From positions 10,044,001 to 10,108,000 of the forward strand of contig OZ059898.1 in NCBI GenBank assembly GCA_964057225.1: DNA of 64,000 nucleotides. Reading direction: 5' to 3'. Every line of letters starts with the position of its first letter. The first letter of the stretch is position 1. The position numbers and the translations under genes were made by a program. The stretch is from Auanema rhodensis. Lineage: Eukaryota; Animalia; Nematoda. Shown here one piece after another: positions 35,513-48,752 of the stretch. The notes beneath the pieces are model-generated. The model was not told the origin of the DNA. It saw only the letters and a list, made by a program, of their open reading frames with translations, and did no database searches.

Positions 35513-36491
35513 TTCGAAAATGTTAGATTGTTTCCGAAAAATTATGAAAAGTCAAGTTCTACTGATTTGAAGAGAATTGTAAGTTTTAGAAAAGAATTAA
35601 AAATAAGTTCTCTCTACTATTAACTGATTGTCGGCTAAAATATGGTAACAGTTTTTTTAAAAAGTTTCCATGATTAGGATTAAACAAAAAAAAGAATTAA
35701 AAAGAAACACTTCTTGTTTACTTACTTGATTATACTACTTGAAATTCGAAAAAAAGTAAAAAACAATTGAGAAAGCGACATAAACAGTTGAACGATTTGA
35801 AGAGAATTGTAAGTTTAAGAAAAGAATTAAAGTTTAGCTTTGTCTACTATTAACTGATTATCGGCTGAAATATGGTGACAGTTTTTTATTAAAAGTTTCC
35901 ATGATTAAGATTGAACAAAGAAGAAAAAATCAAAGAGAGACACTTCTTGTTTACTTATTTGATTATAATACTTGAAATTCCAAAAACAGTAGAATAAAAT
36001 AGAGAAAGAGACGAAAAAAGTTGAACGATTTGAAGAGAATTGTAAGTTTTAGAAAAGAATTAAAGTTTAGCTTTGTCTACTATTAACTGATTATCGGCTG
36101 AAATATGGTGACAGTTTTTTATTAAAAGTTTCCAAGATTAAGATTAAACAAAGAAAAAAAATCAAAGAGAAACACTTCTTGTTTACTTATTTGATTATAA
36201 TACTTGAAATTCCAAAAACAGTAGAATAAAATAGAGAAAGAGACCAAAAAAGTTGAACGATTTGAAGAGAATTGTAAGTTTTAGAAAAGAATTAAAGTTC
36301 AGCTATCTCTACTATTAACTGATTATCGGCTGAAATATGGTGACAGTTTTTTATTAAAAGTTTCCATGATTAAGATTAAACAAAGAAAAAAAAACCAAAG
36401 AGAAACACTTCTTGTTTACTTATTTGATTATAATACTTGAAATTCCGAAAACAGTAGAATAAAATAAAGAAAGCGACAAAAACAGTTGAAC

Positions 36492-36619
36492 GATTTGAAG
36501 AGAATCGGCTAAAATAAGGTAACAGTTTTTATTAAAGCGAGTAAAACTGTTGAACGATTTGAAGACAATCGGCTAAAATAAGGTAACAGTTTTTATTAAA
36601 GCGAGTAAAACTGTTGAAC
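36492..36619. repeat. Tandem dimer of a 64-bp internally deleted satellite monomer (also 39281-39408 and 49732-49859)
   Basis: gatttgaagaNaatcggctaaaataaggtaacagtttttattaaagcgagtaaaactgttgaac x2. Confidence 0.9.
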
Positions 36620-37365
36620 GATTTGAAGAAAATTGTAAGTTTTAGAAAATAATTAAAAATAAGTTCTCTCTACTATTAACTGATTGTCGGCTAAAATATG
36701 GTAACAGTTTTTTTGAAAAGTTTCCATGATTAGGATTAAACAAAGAAAAAAGAATCAAAGAGAAACACTTCTTGTTTACTTATTTGATTATAATACTTGA
36801 AATTCCGAAAACAGTAGAATAAAATAAAGAAAGCGACAAAAACAGTTGAACGATTTGAAGACAATTGTAAGTTTAAGAAAAGAATTAAAGTTTAGCTTTG
36901 TCTACTATTAACTGATTATCGGCTGAAATATGGTGACAGTTTTTTTTTAAAAGTTTCCATGATTAAGATTAAACAAAGAAAAAAAAATCAAAGAGAAACA
37001 CTTCTTGTTTACTAATTTGATTATAACACTTGAAATTCCAACAAAAGTAAAGTACAACTGTTAAAGCGAGTAAAACTGTTGAACAATTTGAAGACAATTG
37101 TAAGTTGAAAAAAAAAATTAAAGTTTAGCTCTCTCTACTATTAACTGAATGTCGGCTAAAATATAGTAACAGTTTTTATTAAAAGTTCCCATGATTAAGA
37201 TTAAACAAAGAAAAAAAATCAAAGAGAAACACTTCTTGTTTACTAATTTGATTATAACACTTGAAATTCCAACAAAAGTAAAATAAAACTGTGAAAGCGG
37301 GTAAAACTGTTGAACTAAAACAGTCTTTATAAAATATAAATGATATTTTTTTATAAAAGTGAAGT

Positions 37366-37436
37366 TGCATCGGCCGGGAATCGAACCCGGGTCGCCCGCG
37401 TGGCAGGCGAGCATTCTACCACTGAACCACCGATGC
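37366..37436 (-). tRNA. tRNA-Gly: tRNA-Gly(GCC)
   Basis: Same 71-nt gene. Confidence 0.97.
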
Positions 37437-38230
37437 TTCGAAAATGTTAGATTGTTTCCGAAAAATTATGAAAAGTCAAGTTCTACTGATTTGAAGAGAA
37501 TTGTAAGTTTTAGAAAAGAATTAAAGTTCAGCTATCTCTACTATTAACTGACTATCGGCTAGAATAAGGTAACAGTTTTTATTGAAAGTTTCCATGATTA
37601 AGATTGAACAAAAAAAAAATTAGAGAGAAACACTTCTTGTTTACTTACTTGATTATAATACTTGAAATTCCAAAAACAGTAAAATAAAATTGAGAAAGCG
37701 ACAAAAACAGTTGAACGATTTGAAGACAATTGTAAGTTTAAGAAAAGAATTAAAGTTTAGCTTTGTCTACTATTAACTGATTATCGGCTGAAATATGGTG
37801 ACAGTTTTTTTTTAAAAGTTTCCATGATTAAGATTAAACAAAGAAAAAAAAATCAAAGAGAAACACTTCTTGTTTACTAATTTGATTATAACACTTGAAA
37901 TTCCAACAAAAGTAAAGTAAAACTGTTAAAGCGAGTAAAACTGTTGAACAATTTGAAGACAATTGTAAGTTTAAGAAAAAAATTAAAGTTTAGCTCTCTC
38001 TACTATTAACTGAATGTCGGCTAAAATATAGTAACAGTTTTTATTAAAAGTTTCCATGATTAAGATTAAACAAAGAAAAAAAACCAAAGAGAAACACTTC
38101 TTGTTTACTAATTTGATTATAACACTTGAAATTCCAACAAAAGTAAAATAAAACTGTGAAAGCGGGTAAAACTGTTGAACTAAAACAGTCTTTATAAAAT
38201 ATAAATGATATTTTTTTATAAAAGTGAAGT

Positions 38231-38301
38231 TGCATCGGCCGGGAATCGAACCCGGGTCGCCCGCGTGGCAGGCGAGCATTCTACCACTGAACCACCGATG
38301 C
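38231..38301 (-). tRNA. tRNA-Gly: tRNA-Gly(GCC)
   Basis: Same 71-nt gene. Confidence 0.97.
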
Positions 38302-39923
38302 TTCGAAAATGTTAGATTGTTTCCGAAAAATTATGAAAAGTCAAGTTCTACTGATTTGAAGAGAATTGTAAGTTTTAGAAAAGAATTAAAAATAAGTTCT
38401 CTCTACTATTAACTGATTGTCGGCTAAAATATGGTAACAGTTTTTTTAAAAAGTTTCCATGATTAGGATTAAACAAAAAAAAGAATTAAAAAGAAACACT
38501 TCTTGTTTACTTACTTGATTATACTACTTGAAATTCGAAAAAAAGTAAAAAACAATTGAGAAAGCGACATAAACAGTTGAACGATTTGAAGAGAATTGTA
38601 AGTTTAAGAAAAGAATTAAAGTTTAGCTTTGTCTACTATTAACTGATTATCGGCTGAAATATGGTGACAGTTTTTTATTAAAAGTTTCCATGATTAAGAT
38701 TGAACAAAGAAGAAAAAATCAAAGAGAGACACTTCTTGTTTACTTATTTGATTATAATACTTGAAATTCCAAAAACAGTAGAATAAAATAGAGAAAGAGA
38801 CGAAAAAAGTTGAACGATTTGAAGAGAATTGTAAGTTTTAGAAAAGAATTAAAGTTTAGCTTTGTCTACTATTAACTGATTATCGGCTGAAATATGGTGA
38901 CAGTTTTTTATTAAAAGTTTCCAAGATTAAGATTAAACAAAGAAAAAAAATCAAAGAGAAACACTTCTTGTTTACTTATTTGATTATAATACTTGAAATT
39001 CCAAAAACAGTAGAATAAAATAGAGAAAGAGACCAAAAAAGTTGAACGATTTGAAGAGAATTGTAAGTTTTAGAAAAGAATTAAAGTTCAGCTATCTCTA
39101 CTATTAACTGATTATCGGCTGAAATATGGTGACAGTTTTTTATTAAAAGTTTCCATGATTAAGATTAAACAAAGAAAAAAAAACCAAAGAGAAACACTTC
39201 TTGTTTACTTATTTGATTATAATACTTGAAATTCCGAAAACAGTAGAATAAAATAAAGAAAGCGACAAAAACAGTTGAACGATTTGAAGAGAATCGGCTA
39301 AAATAAGGTAACAGTTTTTATTAAAGCGAGTAAAACTGTTGAACGATTTGAAGACAATCGGCTAAAATAAGGTAACAGTTTTTATTAAAGCGAGTAAAAC
39401 TGTTGAACGATTTGAAGAAAATTGTAAGTTTTAGAAAATAATTAAAAATAAGTTCTCTCTACTATTAACTGATTGTCGGCTAAAATATGGTAACAGTTTT
39501 TTTGAAAAGTTTCCATGATTAGGATTAAACAAAGAAAAAAGAATCAAAGAGAAACACTTCTTGTTTACTTATTTGATTATAATACTTGAAATTCCGAAAA
39601 CAGTAGAATAAAATAAAGAAAGCGACAAAAACAGTTGAACGATTTGAAGAGAATTGTAAGTTTAAGAAAAGATTTAAAGTTTAGCTTTGTCTATTATTAA
39701 CTGATTATCGGCTGAAATATGGTGACAGTTTTTTATTAAAAGTTTCCATGATTAAGATTAAACAAAGAAAAAAAAATCAAAGAGAAACACTTCTTGTTTA
39801 CTAATTTGATTATAACACTTGAAAATCCAACAAAAGTAAAATAAAACTGTGAAAGCGGGTAAAACTGTTGAACTAAAACAGTCTTTATAAAATATAAATG
39901 ATATATTTTTATAAAAGAGAAGT

Positions 39924-39994
39924 TGCATCGGCCGGGAATCGAACCCGGGTCGCCCGCGTGGCAGGCGAGCATTCTACCACTGAACCACCGATGC
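39924..39994 (-). tRNA. tRNA-Gly: tRNA-Gly(GCC)
   Basis: Same 71-nt gene. Confidence 0.97.
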
Positions 39995-40556
39995 TTCGAA
40001 AATGTTAGATTGTTTCCGAAAAATTATGAAAAGTCGAGTTCTACTGATTTGAAGAGAATTTTAAGTTTTAGAAAAGAATTAAAAATAAGTTCTCTCTACT
40101 ATTAACTGATTGTCGGCTAAAATATGGTAACAGTTTTTTTAAAAAGTTTCCATGATTAGGATTAAACAAAAAAAAGAATTAAAAAGAAACACTTCTTGTT
40201 TACTTACTTGATTATACTACTTGAAATTCGAAAAAAAGTAAAAAACAATTGAGAAAGCGACATAAACAGTTGAACGATTTGAAGACAATTGTAAGTTGAA
40301 AAAAAAAATTAAAGTTTAGCTCTCTCTACTATTAACTGAATGTCGGCTAAAATATGATAACAGTTTTTATTAAAAGTTTTCATGATTGAGATTAAACAAA
40401 GAAAAAAAATCAAAGAGAAACACTTCTTGTTTACTAATTTGATTATAACACTTGAAAATCCAACAAAAGTAAAATAAAACTGTGAAAGCGGGTAAAACTG
40501 TTGAACTAAAACAGTCTTTATAAAATATAAATGATATTTTTTTATAAAAGTGAAGT

Positions 40557-40627
40557 TGCATCGGCCGGGAATCGAACCCGGGTCGCCCGCGTGGCAGGCG
40601 AGCATTCTACCACTGAACCACCGATGC
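40557..40627 (-). tRNA. tRNA-Gly: tRNA-Gly(GCC)
   Basis: Same 71-nt gene. Confidence 0.97.
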
Positions 40628-41420
40628 TTCGAAAATGTTAGATTGTTTCCGAAAAATTATGAAAAGTCAAGTTCTACTGATTTGAAGAGAATTGTAAGTT
40701 TTAGAAAATAATTAAAAATTAGTTCTCTCTACTATTAACTGATTGTCGGCTAAAATATGGTAACAGTTTTTATTGAAAGTTTCCATGATTAAGATTAAAC
40801 AAAGAAAAAAAATCAAAGAGAAACACTTCTTGTTTACTTATTTGATTATAATACTTGAAATTCCAAAAACAGTAGAATAAAATAGAGAAAGCGACGAAAA
40901 AAGTTGAACGATTTGAAGAGAATTGTAAGTTTTAGAAAAGAATTAAAGTTCAGCTATCTCTACTATTAACTGATTATCGGCTAAAATAAGGTAACAGTTT
41001 TTATTGAAAGTTTCCATGATTAAGATTAAACAAAGAAAAAAATCAAAGAGAAACACTTCTTGTTTACTTACTTGATTATAATACTTGAAATTCCAAAAAC
41101 AGTAAAATAAAATTGAAAAAGCGACAAAAACAGTTGAACGATTTGAAGACAATTGTAAGTTGAAAAAAAAAATTAAAGTTTAGCTCTCTCTACTATTAAC
41201 TGAATGTCGGCTAAAATATGATAACAGTTTTTATTAAAAGTTTTCATGATTAAGATTAAACAAAGAAAAAAAATCAAAGAGAAACACTTCTTGTTTACTA
41301 ATTTGATTATAACACTTGAAATTCCAACAAAAGTAAAATAAAACTGTGAAAGCGGGTAAAACTGTTGAACTAAAACAGTCTTTATAAAATATAAATGATA
41401 TATTTTTATAAAAGTGAAGT

Positions 41421-41491
41421 TGCATCGGCCGGGAATCGAACCTGGGTCGCCCGCGTGGCAGGCGAGCATTCTACCACTGAACCACCGATGC
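41421..41491 (-). tRNA. tRNA-Gly: tRNA-Gly(GCC), G51A T-stem variant
   Basis: Plus strand gaaccTggg. Confidence 0.9.
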
Positions 41492-42515
41492 TTCGAAAAT
41501 GTTAAATTGTTTCCGAAAAATTATGAAAAGTCAAGTTCTACTGATTTGAAGAAAATTGTAAGTTTTAGAAAATAATTAAAAATTAGTTCTCTCTACTATT
41601 AACTGATTGTCGGCTAAAATATGGTAACAGTTTTTTATAAAAAGTTTCCATGATTAGGATGAAACAAAAAAAAGAATTAAAGAGAAACACTTTTTGTTTA
41701 CTTATTTGATTATAATACTTGAAATTCCAAAAACAGTAGAATAAAATTGAGAAATCGACAAAAACAGTTGAACGATTTGAAGAGAATCGTAAGTTTTAGA
41801 AAAGAATTAAAGTTCAGCTATCTCTACTATTAACTGACTATCGGCTAGAATAAGGTAACAGTTTTTATTGAAAGTTTCCATGATTAAGATTGAACAAAAA
41901 AAAAATTAGAGAGAAACACTTCTTGTTTACTTACTTGATTATAATACTTGAAATTCCAAAAACAGTAAAATAAAATTGAGAAAGCGACAAAAACAGTTGA
42001 ACGATTTGAAGACAATTGTAAGTTTAAGAAAAGAATTAAAGTTTAGCTTTGTCTACTATTAACTGATTATCGGCTGAAATATGGTGACAGTTTTTTTTAA
42101 AAAGTTTCTATGATTAAGATTAAACAAAGAAAAAAAAATCAAAGAAAAACACTTCTTGTTTACTAATTTGATTATAACACTTGAAATTCCAACAAAAGTA
42201 AAGTAAAACTGTTAAAGCGAGTAAAACTGTTGAACAATTTGAAGACAATTGTAAGTTGAAAAAAAAAATTAAAGTTTAGCTCTCTCTACTATTAACTGAA
42301 TGTCGGCTAAAATATGATAACAGTTTTTATTAAAAGTTTTCATGATTAAAATTAAACAAAGAAAAAAATCAAAGAGAAACACTTCTTGTTTACTAATTTG
42401 ATTATAACACTTGAAATTCCAACAAAAGTAAAATAAAACTGTGAAAGCGGGTAAAACTGTTGAACTAAAACAGTCTTTATAAAATATAAATGATATTTTT
42501 TTATAAAAGTGAAGT

Positions 42516-42586
42516 TGCATCGGCCGGGAATCGAACCCGGGTCGCCCGCGTGGCAGGCGAGCATTCTACCACTGAACCACCGATGC
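42516..42586 (-). tRNA. tRNA-Gly: tRNA-Gly(GCC)
   Basis: Same 71-nt gene. Confidence 0.97.
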
Positions 42587-44070
42587 TTCGAAAATGTTAG
42601 ATTGTTTCCGAAAAATTATGAAAAGTCAAGTTCTACTGATTTGAAGAGAATTGTAAGTTTTAGAAAATAATTAAAAATAAGTTCTCTCTACTATTAACTG
42701 ATTGTCGGCTAAAATGAGGTAACAGTTTTTATTGAAAGTTTCCATGATTAGGAGTAAACAAAAAAAAGAATTAAAAAGAAACACTTCTTGTTTACTTACT
42801 TGATTATACTACTTGAAATTCGAAAAAATGTAAAAAACAATTGAGAAAGCGACATAAACAGTTGAACGATTTGAAGAGAATTGTAAGTTTAAGAAAAGAA
42901 TTAAAGTTTAGCTTTGTCTACTATTAACTGATTATCGGCTGAAATATGGTGACAGTTTTTTATTAAAAGTTTCCATGATTAAGATTAAACAAAGAAGAAA
43001 AAATCAAAGAGAGACACTTCTTGTTTAGTTATTTGATTATAATACTTGAAATTCCAAAAACAGTAGAATAAAATAGAGAAAGCGACGAAAAAAGTTGAAC
43101 GATTTGAAGAGAATTGTAAGTTTTAGAAAAGAATTAAAGTTCAGCTATCTCTACTATTAACTGAATGTCGGCTGAAATATGATAACAGTTTTTTTTAAAA
43201 GTTTCCATGATTAAGATTAAACAAAGAAAAAAAATCAAAGAGAAACACTTCTTGTTTACTTATTTGATTATAATACTTGAAATTCCAAAAACAGTAGAAT
43301 AAAATAGAGAAAGCGACGAAAAAAGTTGAACGATTTGAAGAGAATTGTAAGTTTTAGAAAATAATTAAAAATAAGTTCTCTCTACTATTAACTGATTGTC
43401 GGCTAAAATATGGTAACAGTTTTTATAAAAAGTTTCCATGATTAGGATTAAACAAAAAAAAGAACTAAAGAGAAACACTTTTTGTTTACTTATTTGATTA
43501 TAATACTTGAAATTCCAAAAACAGTAGAATAAAATTGAGAAAGAGACGAAAAAAGTTGAACGATTTGAAGACAATTGTAAGTTTAAGAAAAGAATTAAAG
43601 TTTAGCTTTGTCTACTATTAACTGATTATCGGCTAGAATAAGGTAACAGTTTTTATTGAAAGTTTCCATGATTAAGATTGAACAAAAAAAAATTAGAGAG
43701 AAACACTTCTTGTTTACTTACTTGATTATAATACTTGAAATTCCAAAAACAGTAAAATAAAATTGAGAAAGCGACAAAAACAGTTGAACGATTTGAAGAC
43801 AATTGTAAGTTGAAAAAAAAAATTAAAGTTTAGCTCTCTCTACTATTAACTGAATGTCGGCTAAAATATGATAACAGTTTTTATTAAAAGTTTTCATGAT
43901 TAAGATTAAACAAAGAAAAAAAATCAAAGAGAAACACTTCTTGTTTACTAATTTGATTATAACACTTGAAATTCCAACAAAAGTAAAATAAAACTGTGAA
44001 AGCGGGTAAAACTGTTGAACTAAAACAGTCTTTATAAAATATAAATGATATATTTTTATAAAAGTGAAGT

Positions 44071-44141
44071 TGCATCGGCCGGGAATCGAACCTGGGTCGC
44101 CCGCGTGGCAGGCGAGCATTCTACCACTGAACCACCGATGC
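44071..44141 (-). tRNA. tRNA-Gly: tRNA-Gly(GCC), G51A T-stem variant
   Basis: Plus strand gaaccTggg. Confidence 0.9.
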
Positions 44142-45165
44142 TTCGAAAATGTTAAATTGTTTCCGAAAAATTATGAAAAGTCAAGTTCTACTGATTTGAA
44201 GAAAATTGTAAGTTTTAGAAAATAATTAAAAATTAGTTCTCTCTACTATTAACTGATTGTCGGCTAAAATATGGTAACAGTTTTTTATAAAAAGTTTCCA
44301 TGATTAGGATGAAACAAAAAAAAGAATTAAAGAGAAACACTTTTTGTTTACTTATTTGATTATAATACTTGAAATTCCAAAAACAGTAGAATAAAATTGA
44401 GAAATCGACAAAAACAGTTGAACGATTTGAAGAGAATCGTAAGTTTTAGAAAAGAATTAAAGTTCAGCTATCTCTACTATTAACTGACTATCGGCTAGAA
44501 TAAGGTAACAGTTTTTATTGAAAGTTTCCATGATTAAGATTGAACAAAAAAAAAATTAGAGAGAAACACTTCTTGTTTACTTACTTGATTATAATACTTG
44601 AAATTCCAAAAACAGTAAAATAAAATTGAGAAAGCGACAAAAACAGTTGAACGATTTGAAGACAATTGTAAGTTTAAGAAAAGAATTAAAGTTTAGCTTT
44701 GTCTACTATTAACTGATTATCGGCTGAAATATGGTGACAGTTTTTTTTAAAAAGTTTCTATGATTAAGATTAAACAAAGAAAAAAAAATCAAAGAAAAAC
44801 ACTTCTTGTTTACTAATTTGATTATAACACTTGAAATTCCAACAAAAGTAAAGTAAAACTGTTAAAGCGAGTAAAACTGTTGAACAATTTGAAGACAATT
44901 GTAAGTTGAAAAAAAAAATTAAAGTTTAGCTCTCTCTACTATTAACTGAATGTCGGCTAAAATATGATAACAGTTTTTATTAAAAGTTTTCATGATTAAA
45001 ATTAAACAAAGAAAAAAATCAAAGAGAAACACTTCTTGTTTACTAATTTGATTATAACACTTGAAATTCCAACAAAAGTAAAATAAAACTGTGAAAGCGG
45101 GTAAAACTGTTGAACTAAAACAGTCTTTATAAAATATAAATGATATTTTTTTATAAAAGTGAAGT

Positions 45166-45236
45166 TGCATCGGCCGGGAATCGAACCCGGGTCGCCCGCG
45201 TGGCAGGCGAGCATTCTACCACTGAACCACCGATGC
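45166..45236 (-). tRNA. tRNA-Gly: tRNA-Gly(GCC)
   Basis: Same 71-nt gene. Confidence 0.97.
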
Positions 45237-46953
45237 TTCGAAAATGTTAGATTGTTTCCGAAAAATTATGAAAAGTCAAGTTCTACTGATTTGAAGAGAA
45301 TTGTAAGTTTTAGAAAATAATTAAAAATAAGTTCTCTCTACTATTAACTGATTGTCGGCTAAAATGAGGTAACAGTTTTTATTGAAAGTTTCCATGATTA
45401 GGAGTAAACAAAAAAAAGAATTAAAAAGAAACACTTCTTGTTTACTTACTTGATTATACTACTTGAAATTCGAAAAAATGTAAAAAACAATTGAGAAAGC
45501 GACATAAACAGTTGAACGATTTGAAGAGAATTGTAAGTTTAAGAAAAGAATTAAAGTTTAGCTTTGTCTACTATTAACTGATTATCGGCTGAAATATGGT
45601 GACAGTTTTTTATTAAAAGTTTCCATGATTAAGATTAAACAAAGAAGAAAAAATCAAAGAGAGACACTTCTTGTTTAGTTATTTGATTATAATACTTGAA
45701 ATTCCAAAAACAGTAGAATAAAATAGAGAAAGCGACGAAAAAAGTTGAACGATTTGAAGAGAATTGTAAGTTTTAGAAAAGAATTAAAGTTCAGCTATCT
45801 CTACTATTAACTGAATGTCGGCTGAAATATGATAACAGTTTTTTTTAAAAGTTTCCATGATTAAGATTAAACAAAGAAAAAAAATCAAAGAGAAACACTT
45901 CTTGTTTACTTATTTGATTATAATACTTGAAATTCCAAAAACAGTAGAATAAAATAGAGAAAGCGACGAAAAAAGTTGAACGATTTGAAGAGAATTGTAA
46001 GTTTTAGAAAATAATTAAAAATAAGTTCTCTCTACTATTAACTGATTGTCGGCTAAAATATGGTAACAGTTTTTATAAAAAGTTTCCATGATTAGGATTA
46101 AACAAAAAAAAGAACTAAAGAGAAACACTTTTTGTTTACTTATTTGATTATAATACTTGAAATTCCAAAAACAGTAGAATAAAATTGAGAAAGAGACGAA
46201 AAAAGTTGAACGATTTGAAGACAATTGTAAGTTTAAGAAAAGAATTAAAGTTTAGCTTTGTCTACTATTAACTGATTATCGGCTAGAATAAGGTAACAGT
46301 TTTTATTGAAAGTTTCCATGATTAAGATTGAACAAAAAAAAATTAGAGAGAAACACTTCTTGTTTACTTACTTGATTATAATACTTGAAATTCCAAAAAC
46401 AGTAAAATAAAATTGAGAAAGCGACAAAAACAGTTGAACGATTTGAAGACAATTGTAAGTTTAAGAAAAGAATTAAAGTTTAGCTTTGTCTACTATTAAC
46501 TGATTATCGGCTGAAATATGGTGACAGTTTTTTTTTAAAAGTTTCCATGATTAAGATTAAACAAAGAAAAAAAAATCAAAGAGAAACACTTCTTGTTTAC
46601 TAATTTGATTATAACACTTGAAATTCCAACAAAAGTAAAGTACAACTGTTAAAGCGAGTAAAACTGTTGAACAATTTGAAGACAATTGTAAGTTGAAAAA
46701 AAAAATTAAAGTTTAGCTCTCTCTACTATTAACTGAATGTCGGCTAAAATATAGTAACAGTTTTTATTAAAAGTTTCCATGATTAAGATTAAACAAAGAA
46801 AAAAAATCAAAGAGAAACACTTCTTGTTTACTAATTTGATTATAACACTTGAAATTCCAACAAAAGTAAAATAAAACTGTGAAAGCGGGTAAAACTGTTG
46901 AACTAAAACAGTCTTTATAAAATATAAATGATATTTTTTTATAAAAGTGAAGT

Positions 46954-47024
46954 TGCATCGGCCGGGAATCGAACCCGGGTCGCCCGCGTGGCAGGCGAGC
47001 ATTCTACCACTGAACCACCGATGC
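46954..47024 (-). tRNA. tRNA-Gly: tRNA-Gly(GCC)
   Basis: Same 71-nt gene. Confidence 0.97.
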
Positions 47025-47587
47025 TTCGAAAATGTTAGATTGTTTCCGAAAAATTATGAAAAGTCAAGTTCTACTGATTTGAAGAGAATTGTAAGTTTTA
47101 GAAAAGAATTAAAGTTCAGCTATCTCTACTATTAACTGACTATCGGCTAGAATAAGGTAACAGTTTTTATTGAAAGTTTCCATGATTAAGATTGAACAAA
47201 AAAAAAATTAGAGAGAAACACTTCTTGTTTACTTACTTGATTATAATACTTGAAATTCCAAAAACAGTAAAATAAAATTGAGAAAGCGACAAAAACAGTT
47301 GAACGATTTGAAGACAATTGTAAGTTTAAGAAAAGAATTAAAGTTTAGCTTTGTCTACTATTAACTGATTATCGGCTGAAATATGGTGACAGTTTTTTTT
47401 TAAAAGTTTCCATGATTAAGATTAAACAAAGAAAAAAAAATCAAAGAGAAACACTTCTTGTTTACTAATTTGATTATAACACTTGAAATTCCAACAAAAG
47501 TAAAATAAAACTGTGAAAGCGGGTAAAACTGTTGAACTAAAACAGTCTTTATAAAATATAAATGATATATTTTTATAAAAGTGAAGT

Positions 47588-47658
47588 TGCATCGGCCGGG
47601 AATCGAACCTGGGTCGCCCGCGTGGCAGGCGAGCATTCTACCACTGAACCACCGATGC
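47588..47658 (-). tRNA. tRNA-Gly: tRNA-Gly(GCC), G51A T-stem variant
   Basis: Plus strand gaaccTggg. Confidence 0.9.
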
Positions 47659-48681
47659 TTCGAAAATGTTAAATTGTTTCCGAAAAATTATGAAAAGTCA
47701 AGTTCTACTGATTTGAAGAAAATTGTAAGTTTTAGAAAATAATTAAAAATTAGTTCTCTCTACTATTAACTGATTGTCGGCTAAAATATGGTAACAGTTT
47801 TTATAAAAAGTTTCCATGATTAGGATGAAACAAAAAAAAGAATTAAAGAGAAACACTTTTTGTTTACTTATTTGATTATAATACTTGAAATTCCAAAAAC
47901 AGTAGAATAAAATTGAGAAATCGACAAAAACAGTTGAACGATTTGAAGAGAATCGTAAGTTTTAGAAAAGAATTAAAGTTCAGCTATCTCTACTATTAAC
48001 TGACTATCGGCTAGAATAAGGTAACAGTTTTTATTGAAAGTTTCCATGATTAAGATTGAACAAAAAAAAAATTAGAGAGAAACACTTCTTGTTTACTTAC
48101 TTGATTATAATACTTGAAATTCCAAAAACAGTAAAATAAAATTGAGAAAGCGACAAAAACAGTTGAACGATTTGAAGACAATTGTAAGTTTAAGAAAAGA
48201 ATTAAAGTTTAGCTTTGTCTACTATTAACTGATTATCGGCTGAAATATGGTGACAGTTTTTTTTAAAAAGTTTCTATGATTAAGATTAAACAAAGAAAAA
48301 AAAATCAAAGAAAAACACTTCTTGTTTACTAATTTGATTATAACACTTGAAATTCCAACAAAAGTAAAGTAAAACTGTTAAAGCGAGTAAAACTGTTGAA
48401 CAATTTGAAGACAATTGTAAGTTGAAAAAAAAAATTAAAGTTTAGCTCTCTCTACTATTAACTGAATGTCGGCTAAAATATGATAACAGTTTTTATTAAA
48501 AGTTTTCATGATTAAGATTAAACAAAGAAAAAAATCAAAGAGAAACACTTCTTGTTTACTAATTTGATTATAACACTTGAAATTCCAACAAAAGTAAAAT
48601 AAAACTGTGAAAGCGGGTAAAACTGTTGAACTAAAACAGTCTTTATAAAATATAAATGATATTTTTTTATAAAAGTGAAGT

Positions 48682-48752
48682 TGCATCGGCCGGGAATCGA
48701 ACCCGGGTCGCCCGCGTGGCAGGCGAGCATTCTACCACTGAACCACTGATGC
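48682..48752 (-). tRNA. tRNA-Gly: tRNA-Gly(GCC), G6A acceptor-stem variant
   Basis: Plus strand accacTgatgc instead of accacCgatgc. Confidence 0.9.
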
